A stretch of DNA of 64,000 nucleotides, taken from the NCBI GenBank assembly GCA_035084275.1, contig CM068761.1, positions 1,984,001 through 2,048,000 on the forward strand. The letters run 5' to 3'. Made by a program: the position numbers and the translations under genes. Shown here piece after piece: positions 24,183 to 35,268 of the stretch; positions within the stretch are counted from its first letter, which is position 1, and every line of letters begins with the position of its first letter. This DNA comes from Hydrolagus colliei. Taxonomy: Eukaryota. Below the pieces are notes generated by a model. That model ran no database searches. It had not been told where the DNA came from and worked only from the letters and a program-made list of their open reading frames with translations.

Positions 24183-24528
24183 TTAATAATAATACTAGTC
24201 CTTGCATTTGATTCAGCGCTTTTCACGTCTAATCGACGTCTCAAGGCGCTTCACAGAATACACTGTAAAGTGCATTTGACTGTATATTTGTGGGCGAAAC
24301 GCGGCAGCCGGTCGCGCACAGGAGCGTCCCCCACAAACAGTCGTGGATTGAAAATGACCAACATTTACCATTGTGTTTTTTTGGGGGGCTGGATTATTAT
24401 TAGATGTGTGTGTGTGTGTGTGTGGAATAAGGAAACATGCCCAAAGTTTCGCTCTGATCTGCCTGGATTTGAACAAAGGTCTCAGGCTTTTAAGGCGAGC
24501 GCTCCTAACCACTGAGCTACAGGAGCTA
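24183..24528 (-). mobile_element. SINE, full length
   Basis: Tail, core, (GT)n spacer and head AACCACTGAGCTACAGGAGCT. Confidence 0.9.
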
Positions 24529-24701
24529 AAGAGCTCCCAGATTGGGGGTTGGTTGATTAGTTGACTGACTTGGCGCCGTTCACTCCCCAGTTTTCCTGAC
24601 CGCGTTTGCCTCCTCTCCAATCTCACGGGGTCGGGTCGGGCCAGGTCTGGGCTCACTAAAGTCGCTCGGGTTAACGATGCCCTGAACAAACTTTCCTCCA
24701 G

Positions 24702-24858
24702 GTTCCTGACTCCGGCGTCCTCCGGTGAGGACGATGAAAAGCAGATGGAACGGGGGGAATCCACGCCCCAGGAACATCCAGCCTCGAGTAGGCCCGAGCG
24801 AGAGCCAGAGCGAGCCAGAGAGAGTCCGGAGAGAGAGAACCTAGGAAAACACAGCCAG
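24702..24858 (+). CDS. KIAA1671: KIAA1671 coding exon 2 (alternative in-frame acceptor possible at 24591)
   Basis: The acceptor CTTTCCTCCAG|G joins in phase 2 to give ADITK-R-FLTPASSGEDDEK...GKHSQ. Donor CAG|GTAAAT is phase 0 and matches the next exon. Confidence 0.75.
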
Positions 24859-25169
24859 GTAAATCAGCCATGTTTACACTTTGCAGCTAATCACCTCCAA
24901 CACGTTGGGAGGACGTCCAAAGGCGCTGGACATTGATGAGTTTCGCACCTGAGCTGCGGGTTGGTTCATTCAATCCCACCAACCTGCCTTATCCCCTTTC
25001 CAAGCCTCTTATCACCTCCCTCCGCCGCTCTTGGAAACTCACAACGGCCTCTGTCTCTGTCACCTGAAGTGGCACGGCATTTCACATCCAACAACCCTCT
25101 TGAGTGAAAGCATTTCGACCAAACTTGGCCTTGGCTCACCTTGTGAATATCTCATCATATAATGATGAT

Positions 25170-25452
25170 AATAGGAACCCAGGGACAGGAGTAGGCAATT
25201 CAGCCCTTCGAGCCTGTTCAGCCATTTACGGTAGTTAGATCAAGGCTGATCCGTAACTCTTCAAATCCTCTCAATTCCAATTTCCCACTTTCTCCCCATA
25301 TCCCTTAATACCCTGACCATAAGAACATAAGACCTAGTAGCAGGAGTAGGCCATTCGGCCCATCGACCCTGCCCCGCCATTCAATCATGGCTGATATTCC
25401 GTTCTAACTCCAGCTCCCTGCCTTATACCCATATCCCTTAATCCCTTTATGA
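25170..25452 (-). mobile_element. Two tandem CR1-clade (HER1/HE1-like) 3' ends
   Basis: Two successive units ...AGGAGTAGGC(C/A)ATTC(A/G)GCCC..CCATATCCCTTAAT. The - strand translation ends KGIKGYGYKAGSWS*, typical of a shark CR1 ORF2 end. Confidence 0.8.
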
Positions 25453-25678
25453 ATGAATAATAGTAATAATAATAATCCTTGCAATAATCCTTGATACGGT
25501 GCCTGATCACATCTTCGAGAAGTCCCAAAGCGCTTCGCAAAATATACTGTAAAGTGTAGTGTGTATACTTTGTGGGCGAAACGCGGCAGCCAATTGCGCA
25601 CTGCAGTGTCCCACAAACAGTTCCAGAATCCTAAAATTTGATAAGGTTCTGATTTTTGTTGTTGTTGTGTTTCTCCAG

Positions 25679-28332
25679 ACACACACTGATCCCTTGCGCC
25701 CCCTGGACACGGGTGAAGAGTTCACCCGGAGGAGGGCAGGGTCTGTGAGGGTGATCAGGGGGGATCGGGTCAGGGATGAGAAAACCACCTCGGACAAGAT
25801 GGGTGTCAAGAACAGCTTCGGCAGAGAGCGGGACAGGAGTGGGCAGGCGTTGGACAGAGACATGCCCTTCACCGTGGCTTCTGTGTCTCGAGTTGACACT
25901 GACCTCTCGGAGGAGAAGCCGGCCAGCTGCTGGACCTCCGACTCGGACGTCAGTGTGAAAGCCGTGAGGGTCTCGTTGATTGACAACCACATCGAACGTC
26001 ACAAACTGCCGGAGCCCCAGAGCTCTGAGCCGGGCTTGACCTCACCGAACCTGGAAACTGATCAGAACAGAGGCACGGGAAGGGATACGCACTCCAGAGT
26101 CAAAGCCTACGCTCCAGAGAAAGCCGCGGAGGTTAAACGCTGGGAGAGGGAACGCCGTAAAGAGAGGCTTTCTGAGCTTTATGACCCCGTCCTCGTGGGG
26201 AGGAAGAGAGGGGCCAACATTGAGGAGAAGAGGGCGGCGTCCGAGGAAAGGCAAGCTCGAGCCCCTCCGTCAAAGGTCTCTGACCTGCTCTCGCTAATGA
26301 ACGTGAGCGAAATCGAAGCCAAGGTGGACATCTTGCAAACGCCGAGCGAGAAGGCCATGAGTTGCTCCCTCCCGACCTGCGAGGACAAGGCCATACCCCT
26401 CAGGAGCAGGAGGCCACGGCCCGCGGTGGAGCGCGGGCAGGACGGGGACCCCTCCGTAGCGAGGAAACCGTGTCAGTTCCTGCTTCACGCCCAGCCCATC
26501 ACCATCCTGGAGCTAAAAGCGGAGGTGAAGCCTGAACCCGCTGTGACCGGACCACGCAAGCGAGAGGACGCGAGGACCGAGAACACAGTCTCGGACTTGG
26601 GGAGTAGCCGGCTAGAGAGGACCTCCCTTGGCTCTCACGTGGGGCCGGACGTCGGGGACAGCCAGGACCCCAGGGAGGCCACTAGGGTCGAGGAGTTGCT
26701 GGGAACCTCGAAACTGTTTGTCACTAAAGGTGGAAGAGAGACCGAAATGTGGAGGGAGCCACTGGTGGCCTCGCCGGGCGACGAGGCCATGAAAGCGGGG
26801 GTCCCAAGGGAGGCTGCCCCGGAGAGGAGGGCGAGGAGGAAAACCTCGTCTTCCGAACCCAGGTCGACGATCTTCGCCGTAACGGGACAGATGCCCGATC
26901 CCACGGCCGAGCCTCAGCCTCGCTTGGCCAAGCGAGCCGACGACTTGTCCGCCGTTGCCGGCCGGCCGGGCGAGAGGCACAGGGACGATTACCCGGAAGA
27001 AATCCCGGACACGAAAGCCGTCGACAAAAGCCTCAAACTCCCGGCCCGGGAAAGAACCAGGAAAATCCTGCTGTCCGAGGAGTTCCTGGACGGTGGGGGC
27101 GAGGCCGGGGAGCGAGGACGTCGTGCTCCGCGTGCCGAGAGCGGCCTCCGAACGCGCCGAGACGTCCGAGCCTCAGGACAAGGTGAGGAGAACGCGAAGC
27201 GTCAAAGAGCGTCACCGACACACGGTGGTGGACCTGGACGCCTTGATGGCCGAGTACAAGAGGGAGAAAGCCAAACAGGAGGAGGCCACCAAGTCCCGGC
27301 CCAGCCACACCAGGGACGACTTGTACCAAAGGGATTGGGAGAAGCCCGGCAGCCAATGGCCAAGGAATCACCGGGAGAAGAGCCGGGAGCCCTCGTCGTC
27401 CTCCGACCGGCGGACAGACGGCTCGGAGACGCTTCGCGACCGGGATCCGCTGAGAAACAAGGTCCTGGACCTCGACGTCTTGATGGTGGAATACAACAAA
27501 ACCAAGCGGAGCGCGGAGGCGAGGCTGGCCGAAGACGAGAAGGTCCCGCCGATAGCCCGGAAGACCTCGCCGTCCACCTCCGATGAGGGGAAGAACGCCG
27601 CGAGGACTGAACGCGGCAGGAGATGGCTCGAGGAGGAGGTGGCGGAGGAGGGGAGGGAGGAGGGAGAGAGAGTAGACGACTCCAGCCTTGGCGCCAACAG
27701 AGACAGGGAGACCAAGAGTGAGAGAAGGAGAGGCAGGCAGCTGCCCGCTGAAGCTAAAGTGGAGGAGTCAGGAGAGACTGAGGTCTACGTAGGTGGCCAG
27801 CTGCCAGTGCTAAGTCACACGAGAGCCAAGCACAGAGAGGAGCGGAGCGAGCGGGCAGCGAGGGGCAGGAGGAGCGAGCGAAGGGGTGACCTTCACTTCC
27901 AAGACAGCAAATCGGAGACTCCCCCCGTCGAGACCTCCTCCCGAGAGGTTCGTCAGACAGATACCAAACCTAGCACCTTGGACTATTTGTTGGCGAATTG
28001 CTCGAAACCGCGGAGAGGACTAAACGATAGCTCGCAGCCGGACGGCAACTGGCGATGCGTGGACATAGACTACAGATACACGGATTATAAAGAGTCTGCC
28101 AACCTCAGGGATGAGAGCTACCGGCAGCGGCGCCTGCCTCAACCGGAGGTCAGGAAGACGAGGCCCGTGGAAATCGGCCAACGGGCCACGGAAACTCCCT
28201 CAACCAGGAGGCAGGAGGCGCCGGACGCGGACAGAGGCCGGGGCGGGAGGAGCTGCTCCCCAGGCAAGGGGTCCGAGCCAAGTGACGGACGCTCTGTCCC
28301 GAGCGAAGAAGACGACCTCGGCGGATAAGAAG
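25679..28332 (+). CDS. KIAA1671: KIAA1671 large coding exon 3, with two apparent +1 frame breaks (about 27095-27110 and about 28110-28325)
   Basis: Acceptor TTTCTCCAG|ACA is phase 0, in the frame of ORF 25559 (VKAVRVSLIDNHIERH, STIFAVTG). Coding signal continues in ORF 26955 (VVDLDALMAEY, VLDLDVLMVEY). Strong donor AAG|GTGAGT at 28333. Confidence 0.75.
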
Positions 28333-28386
28333 GTGAGTTCAACGTCGATGTGTTTCAGAGCAAAGTCCTTGAGGTTACGTGATTGG

Positions 28387-28998
28387 GACTCCTGGAGCTC
28401 AGTGAGAGTTACGAGCGCTCGCCTTTTGCGAGAGACCTGGGTTCGATTCCCAACCAGGTCAGGGGCGAAACCTTGGGCAAGTTTCCTTACTCCACACACA
28501 CACACACACACACACGCCTGATAATAATCCCTCAAGAAAAATAGAACAATGAATCGAGTCACTCAACCCACTCGTGGGTGAATCTGTGACTCGTGGTCAC
28601 AGATTTAAAATAGTTTCAAGGCGCAGTAGAGGGGAGCTGAGGAGAAATTTTTTCACTCAGCGAGTTGTTCGAATCTGGAATGCATTGCCTGAAAAGGTGG
28701 TGGAGGCTGATTCGATAACAACTTTTAAAAGGGAATTAGATCTTTATTTAGGGCGAACGGGTCTATTAGGCTATGGGGAGCGGGCAGGGCAGTGGGATTG
28801 AATCGCTCTTTTCAAAGAGCCGGCACAGACTAGATGGGCCGAATGGCCTCCTTTTGTGCCGTAAAATTCTATGATTCTATGATTCTATGACTGTCGGCCA
28901 GCCGCGTTTCACCCGCACAATATACAGTCAGTTCACTGTACGGCGTACTACCAACAGGATTATCAACTGCACGGATTATTAATCATAATATTATTATT
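28387..28998 (+). mobile_element. SINE split in two by a CR1 insertion (5' part 28387-28572, 3' part about 28889-28998)
   Basis: The head and (CA)n spacer end at CACTCAACCCAC. The consensus resumes after the CR1 tail as GACTGT..GCCGCGTTTCACCC..ATATACAGTC. Confidence 0.8.
28573..28890 (+). mobile_element. 5'-truncated CR1 LINE (ORF2 C-terminus, 3' UTR, (ATTCTATG)n tail)
   Basis: TRGHRFK...RRNFFTQRVVRIWNALPEKVVEADSITTFKRELDLYL...GYGERAGQWD* is the canonical CR1 ORF2 end. Three ATTCTATG tail repeats follow. Confidence 0.93.
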
Positions 28999-29028
28999 GA
29001 CGGTCTTGCTCCGCTGTGTGTCCGGCAG

Positions 29029-29175
29029 GCGTCACGGGGGGAGATCGAGAGCCGCCGGGGAGAGGGTCCGCACGCAGACACCCCACAGGCGATTGGAGGA
29101 CATGATCCAGGCCGTGTCGAAACCCCGGATACGGTTTGAGGAGGAAACACCCTTGTGCGCACCAAGCAGGAGCCG
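29029..29175 (+). CDS. KIAA1671: Candidate KIAA1671 internal exon (147 nt, frame not cleanly resolved)
   Basis: GC-rich unique sequence bounded by TGTCCGGCAG| and CCG|GTGAGG. One open frame (RVRTQTPHRRLEDMIQAVSKPRIRFEEE) whose phase does not match its neighbours as assembled. Confidence 0.45.
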
Positions 29176-29379
29176 GTGAGGAGTGGAGAATGGTTTCTAG
29201 GTTTGCCTGGCCAAGCCGGTGTTTGTGTTAGTGAGATCGGTGCTGATGTGGCTGCCTACACTCGACACGACCGTGTGTTATGGATGCTGTACATGGTGGT
29301 AGAGGAGTTTGTGCAGTGCTGCATTGGGGGGGGTGGTGGGGGGTGGGTGGTGGGGGAGTGGAGGTGGAGTTCTGCATTT

Positions 29380-29722
29380 TCAGGGGTTAGAGCGCTTACC
29401 TTACAAGCGTGGGACCTGTGTTCGAATCCAGGCAGGGTCAGGGCGAAACCTTGGGCCGAGTTTGCTTACTCCACACACACACACACACACACACACACGC
29501 CTAATAATAATCCCTCCGAAAGAAACACATGGATAAAATTGGTCATTTTCAATCCACGGCTGTTTGTAGGAGGAGGGGGGGACGCTGCTGTGCGCAATTG
29601 GCTGCCGCTTTTCACCCACAAATATATTCAGTCAATTCACTTTACAGTATATCCTGTGAAGCGCTTTGAGACGTCGACAAGATGTATCAAAATACAAGGA
29701 TTATTATTATTATTATTACTAT
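29380..29722 (+). mobile_element. SINE, full length
   Basis: Head, (CA)n, core, tail and (ATT)n. Confidence 0.9.
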
Positions 29723-30287
29723 TTTCTGAGGCGCCGTCCTCACTCTGCCTGTTCGGGTGGATGTTAAAGATCCGCCAACGACGATCCCTCGGAACAAAAT
29801 GAAGTGAGTGACCCCCCAGTTAAAATCGGTCAGTCACTCCGCGGCTGTCTGCGTGGCTTACTCCTGGCTGTGCGCAAACTGGCCGCTGCCTTTCGCCCAC
29901 AAAATACACAGGTCAATTTCGCCTTACGATGTGTGTGTGTGTGTGTGTGTGAAGCACTTCGAGATGTCTCGACGATGTGATAAGGCGCGGTATTAAAAAA
30001 AATGTGTGAGGGTTAGTGAGGTGTACGTGGCGCTGTGTTACTAGAGGAGACGTGTACGGGGCGTGTACCCAGCGTGTATGTATGCGATCAGTGTGCGTGT
30101 TCCCAACAGTCGGCTGAACTTCGCACAGAACACTGTAGCCGACAGATCTATTGTCTGGTGAAGTGAAGCATGTATTCAAATAGCGAGAGAACCACTGCCA
30201 AACACGAGACCCATTGAAACCTGCGGAAGGTTATCTGGGTGTACGGTTTAATGGTCTTTTTAACCAACCAAGTCTGTGTGGTTTGCG

Positions 30288-30288
30288 A

Positions 30289-30325
<37 letters not shown>

Positions 30326-30346
30326 ATTATTATTATTATTGATTAT
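30288..30346. repeat. (GTT)n-(ATT)n compound microsatellite
   Basis: Directly visible. Confidence 0.95.
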
Positions 30347-30526
30347 TCTTATCCTCTCAACGTCCCGGCCACCGATCCTCACGGTTAAATCGATGATTTG
30401 TTTAACGCGGGACCTTGCCCAGTGCAATTTAGTTGCCGCGTTTGTTTGTGCAAAACTCACAATCACTAGGCTCGGCAACAATTCCCTCCCTTTGCGATGT
30501 TTCGACGTTGTACTGTAGGCTGTTGA

Positions 30527-30726
30527 NNNNNNNNNNNNNNNNNNNNNNNNNNNNNNNNNNNNNNNNNNNNNNNNNNNNNNNNNNNNNNNNNNNNNNNNNN
30601 NNNNNNNNNNNNNNNNNNNNNNNNNNNNNNNNNNNNNNNNNNNNNNNNNNNNNNNNNNNNNNNNNNNNNNNNNNNNNNNNNNNNNNNNNNNNNNNNNNNN
30701 NNNNNNNNNNNNNNNNNNNNNNNNNN
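30527..30726. other. Assembly gap (200 N, probably a fixed-size scaffold join)
   Basis: Run of exactly 200 N, flanked on the right by extreme poly-C sequence. Confidence 0.99.
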
Positions 30727-30920
30727 TCTTCTCCTCTCCACCCCCCCCCCCCACTAACCCATCTCATCCCATCTTCACCTTGTCTTCTCTAACCCCCCCC
30801 CCCCCCCCCCCATTTCACCCGGTCTGTCTCTGTCTGTCTGTCTCTCCCTCCCACCTCCACCTCGGTAATCTCTCATCCCTCCCACCTCTCCCCATCTCAC
30901 TGGTCTTCTCCCCATCTCCC

Positions 30921-30968
<48 letters not shown>

Positions 30969-31095
30969 ACCCCCCCCCCCACCCCCCACCTACCTTGTCT
31001 ATCTAGCTCCCCATCCAATCTGGTCTCTCTCCTATCCCCCCACCCCCCCCCCCCCCCCCCCCACCTTGTCTGTCTACCTCCCCATCTAATCTGGA
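30727..31095. repeat. Poly-C-rich low-complexity tandem region
   Basis: C runs of up to about 47 nt, interleaved with a repeated CACCTTGTCT..CTCCCCATC(C/T)AATCTGG unit. Confidence 0.9.
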
Positions 31096-32252
31096 AATGT
31101 ATGTATTCTGGCTTTTATTGAACCCAGTTGCATTGGCTATTCTCCCTGTGAGTGTATGTGTGAGGTGAGAGAGCACTGAGCTGGTGAACACGTCTACAAG
31201 TCTTGTCCCTTTGAGTGAAGGCAGATCCTGTATTTGTGTATGAGTTGTGTGTTGTGTGTGTGTGTCCTTTGCCCTGTAAAGAGAATGCTATGGATTTAAT
31301 TGCTGCTTTATTATGAGAGCCACACATATGTGTGTGTCTCTCTCTCTCTCAGTTTTAGTGGGTTAGTCCCAGACATACTGAACATATTAGATTGACTGAC
31401 TGACTGTCAGTGTGTGTGTGTGACTGACTGTCAGTGTGTGTGTGTGTGTGTGAGACAGTTTGTGTGCGCAAGCCCTCGGTATCAGTTTGGGTGTCTCCCA
31501 CATCAATGTCAGCCTGTGAGAGTGAGACGCTAAGTGCTGAGCTTTTCAATGGCGTTCGCTACGTAATCGCTAAATAACAATCATTTGGTCACTCCAATCC
31601 ACAACTGTTTTTTTGGGGGGGAGGGAGGGAGGGACACTGCTGTACGCAATCGGCGAGGGGGGGGTGTGGGGTGGGGGCTCGCGTTTTGCCCACGAAATAT
31701 TCCGACCGTTCACCTTTAAAAGTATTTCCAGTGAAGCGCTTTGAACCTCCTAGAAGACGTGATTAAATGCAAGGATTATTATCAATATTGTTGTTATGAT
31801 CGCGTCGAGATGACGTGGAAAAGCGCGGTACGAAATGCAAGGATTGTTGTTATTAGGATTATATCATCGTGACATTTGCTCCGTGTCCCGTTAAATCTTG
31901 GGAGCGAGTTCTGAGAGAGAGTCTTTCTGTGATTTAAATTTTTTAAAAAAATATCTTTCACTACGATGGAATTTAAAGCTTCCTCTGTACATTGTCCACT
32001 CCGGCATTCCCACATCAGCGATAGCACAAGATAGAAATGGGTCACATATTGATACATCTGAAATCACTGTTAAGTCACTACCCAGCTCCCCATTCCACCC
32101 ACCCCCCCCCTCCCCTTAACAACTCCCATTTCCCATCAGTGATGCCACTGATCCTGAGTTTGCCGTTGTTCTACCCGGAAACGATCCGTAGCTTTGAGAT
32201 TATTCCGGTTTTAATTTGTGTAAAAGCTTTTTTTTAAAATATAATTGATTCG

Positions 32253-32285
<33 letters not shown>

Positions 32286-32289
32286 GAAC

Positions 32290-32709
32290 GTCGCTTACCA
32301 TGGCTGTGCCAATTGGCTGGCTGTGCAGTCCAAAAGCCCCTACGCTGACGCGCTGGGTGTGAGTCACCAAACAAGTCACTGTTGTGCAGTAGAGAGAGAG
32401 AGAGAGAGAGAGAGACAGCCCGAGCTTACTCTCTGCTTCCACAGTACTCCAGTCAGTGAACGTCGCGATCCGAAAGCGGCTGCCGTGAGACTCTCCTCCC
32501 CTTTATCCCCCACCGCTGTCGGTGAGGATTGACGCCTGAACCCAGCGACGGCGAAGCGAGCGCGAGCGAGGGGAGAGAGGGGGGAGCGAGAGAGGGTGGC
32601 AGTATGTCTGACCGCTTCCTGACCTGTCGCCCTCTGCGCCCTGACATCTGCGCTGCTCAGCCACCGTGGTCGGGAAGCAGTGCGGGTGACTGCCTGGTGC
32701 CCTCGGGGG
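32290..32709 (+). promoter_or_regulatory. Candidate internal promoter and alternative first exon of KIAA1671
   Basis: CpG-rich. Contains GCCAATTGGC, TGACG, TGAGTCA (AP-1), an ATG at 32604 and a strong donor GGG|GTAAGT at 32710. Confidence 0.4.
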
Positions 32710-32867
32710 GTAAGTTGCCGGTGTGTGGGCCCGATCGGAGTAGAGATCGCTGAACCTATTCAGGTTACTCTTGAGCGTCCTCGGGTCAGGGGAGGTCCTG
32801 GGCTCTATTCAGTGTGAATAGAGCCAGGATCCAAGGCCGTGTTCCTTTGGCCATGGAATTGATATTA

Positions 32868-33200
32868 ACAATAATAATAAGAATCCTTGCATCTGATACA
32901 GCGCCTCTTCTGGACCTCTCAAAGCGTTTCACAGGATATATGCTGTAAAGTGAATTGACCTGTATATTTGTGGGCGAAACGCGGCAGCCAGTTGTGCACA
33001 GCAGCGTCCCCCCCACAAACAGTCGAGGATTCGAGTGACCAATTTATTATAGGATTTTGTTTATAGGGATTATTGTCAGGCTTGTGTGTGTGTGTGTGTG
33101 GAGTAAGGAAACTTGCGCAAAGTTTGGCCCTGAGCCTGCCTGGATTCGAAACACACAGGTCTCCTGCTCGTAAGGCGAGCGCTGTAACCACTGAGCTACA
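32868..33200 (-). mobile_element. SINE, full length
   Basis: Tail, core, (GT)n and head. Confidence 0.9.
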
Positions 33201-33467
33201 GTGATGCTCACTTTACTGGCGTTCAAAGCGTGATAAACGCTTGTGGGCAAACGTGTTAGGAGTGCGACTGGCTGTGCAATCCTCAGGAGCGGTTCGGCGA
33301 GAGAAAGGTGTGGGGAAAGCGCGAGTTAGCAACAGAATGAATCCCAAATTCCATTCCCAGTTCTCTGAAAACATCTCCAAACGCGGCAGAAGTAAGTTGC
33401 GTAAAAAGTTGCGTGACGCACTTTTGAGACCGCGCTCCCAACGTAGAAGGCGCTGGGCAAAATGCGA

Positions 33468-33632
33468 GGACGGCGTCTCAGAGCGCTTCACAATAACAGA
33501 TCCTGGGGAAGGCGTGGCCGTAAAGAAAGATCTTCATCTGAATCTTGAAACTAGGAAGAGAGGGATGGGGGGCGAGGCGAAGGGAGTGAGGTAGGGAGTT
33601 CCAGAGCTTCGGGGCGTACTGGCTGAAGGCAC
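33468..33632 (-). mobile_element. L2 3' fragment
   Basis: GGACGGCGTCTCAGAGCGCTTCAC..GGGAGTTCCAGAG..GGCTGAAGGCACGG, the reverse of the 1525-1720 family. Confidence 0.75.
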
Positions 33633-35007
33633 GGTGTGCTTTTTAGGGGCATCTTAACCTACTGTACTTTAAACTGCATGATACCGAAGGTGACGTGACC
33701 TGTTACAGTATCGTAGAGCATGAGGAAGATTTGTACTATATACAGTGTGCGAAGGAGGAACGGAGGGAGAGAGGGAGGTATTTTTTGTGTGAGGTGGTGT
33801 TGGGGGGGGAAGTTCATGTGAGAGGGTTACACTGTGTTTATATTGTGGTCGGGAAATGGATTATCTGTGCAGGCAGTGAGGGACTCTTGTTTTTCACGTC
33901 GCATCCGAAGACCGATAAATCAGTCGGTCGTAGTTTGAAACCCCAGCCATTCAAGTGGGGACTTTGAACTCACAGTTTATGCTGACGGTGTGGATCTGCT
34001 CAGCGAAGCATTGCCAGATGTGCTGTTGTCCTTCAGATGAGGCTGAGGTCCTGTTTGCCACCGCCCCCCTCCCCCACCCACCCCCAGTGTCCCAACAATC
34101 CCCCAAATAAGATTGGTCCTTCACTTCAACAACAACACACTTGTGTTTCTCCTTTCACGTCAGGGGGATGTCCAAAGGCGCTGGACTTCACGGCTGTTTG
34201 TGAGACGTTGACTGGGTGACGGGGTTTGCCTTACAAAAATGCGTGGTGACTACACGGTAGAGAAGAAAAATCCAGCAAAAGAGCTTTGAGTCAACATCTC
34301 AGTGGTGCCCATTATCAAATGGGCGGATTATTTATTATACATGCATAAAGGCAATGTTTGTTGGTTGTGTTGTAGAGGCTGAAGGCGAGATTTGATTATG
34401 GTGCGTTTGACGGTGTAGAATTACAGAGCAGTGCGGGCGGGCGAGTTGGGTGATGCGGGTGGGGTGGGCTTCTCTGAGGGAGCGAGCACCCGCACTCGAG
34501 AGCAGCCTTGAAGCTCAGAGCTTCGGAGCCCTTTCATTGAACTGCTTTTAAGAAGCGCAATTGAGTGTTTTCTATCAAACTCTTGACGCACGGACCATTT
34601 TACTCTATAAATGTCCGTGGAGCACAATGGTATGCAAGGAGCCGTGAGTCATAGCAACCTCTGAGGTCACTTTAATCATTTGAGCTTCTACCATCATTAC
34701 AGTTGGATTACACTTCATCTGAGATCTGCTTGTTTGTATTTTGTTCATGCATTGGCAGGGAATGGAAAAGGTTCCAACTGTTTGATTGGGACTCTCTCTC
34801 TCTCTCTGTATATATATATATAAAATATATATATATATGTGCCGGGAGTGAAGTGAATGGACAATATTATTTCAGGAATTATTGGCTGGGAAACCGAGGG
34901 AGAATTGTTCAGAACTGCAGTTGGCGTCCTCTCCCGCGCTTAGAATCATTCAACCCCCTCCACCACCCGTTCGCAGACGGGGAGCTGTGGGATTGAGGTC
35001 TTGTCCT

Positions 35008-35268
35008 GAGCTCCTATAGCTCAGTGGTTAGACCACTCGCCTTACAAGAGTGAGACCTGTGTTCGAATCCAGGCGGATCAGGGCGAAACCTTGGGCAAGT
35101 TTCCTTACTCCACACACACCACATACACACACGCGCCTAATTATAATCCCTCGAAAAAAACACAATAATAAAAATTGATCATTTCAAATCCACAACTGTT
35201 TGTGGGGGACGCTGCTGCGCACAATTGGCTGCCGCGTTTCGCCCACAAATATACAGTCAATTCACTGT
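35008..35268 (+). mobile_element. SINE, 3'-truncated
   Basis: GAGCTCCTATAGCTCAGTGGTTAG head through CAGTCAATTCACT. Confidence 0.9.

Noticed and set aside
27100-27586. C-terminal 160 aa of the 675-aa ORF as real protein, or an intron starting at CAAG|GTGAGG (27183)
   Set aside because: The conserved-looking DLDALMAEY motifs lie in the other frame immediately downstream and would be lost.
30260-30792. ORFs spanning poly-N and poly-Leu/Asn
   Set aside because: Artefacts of the assembly gap and the microsatellite.
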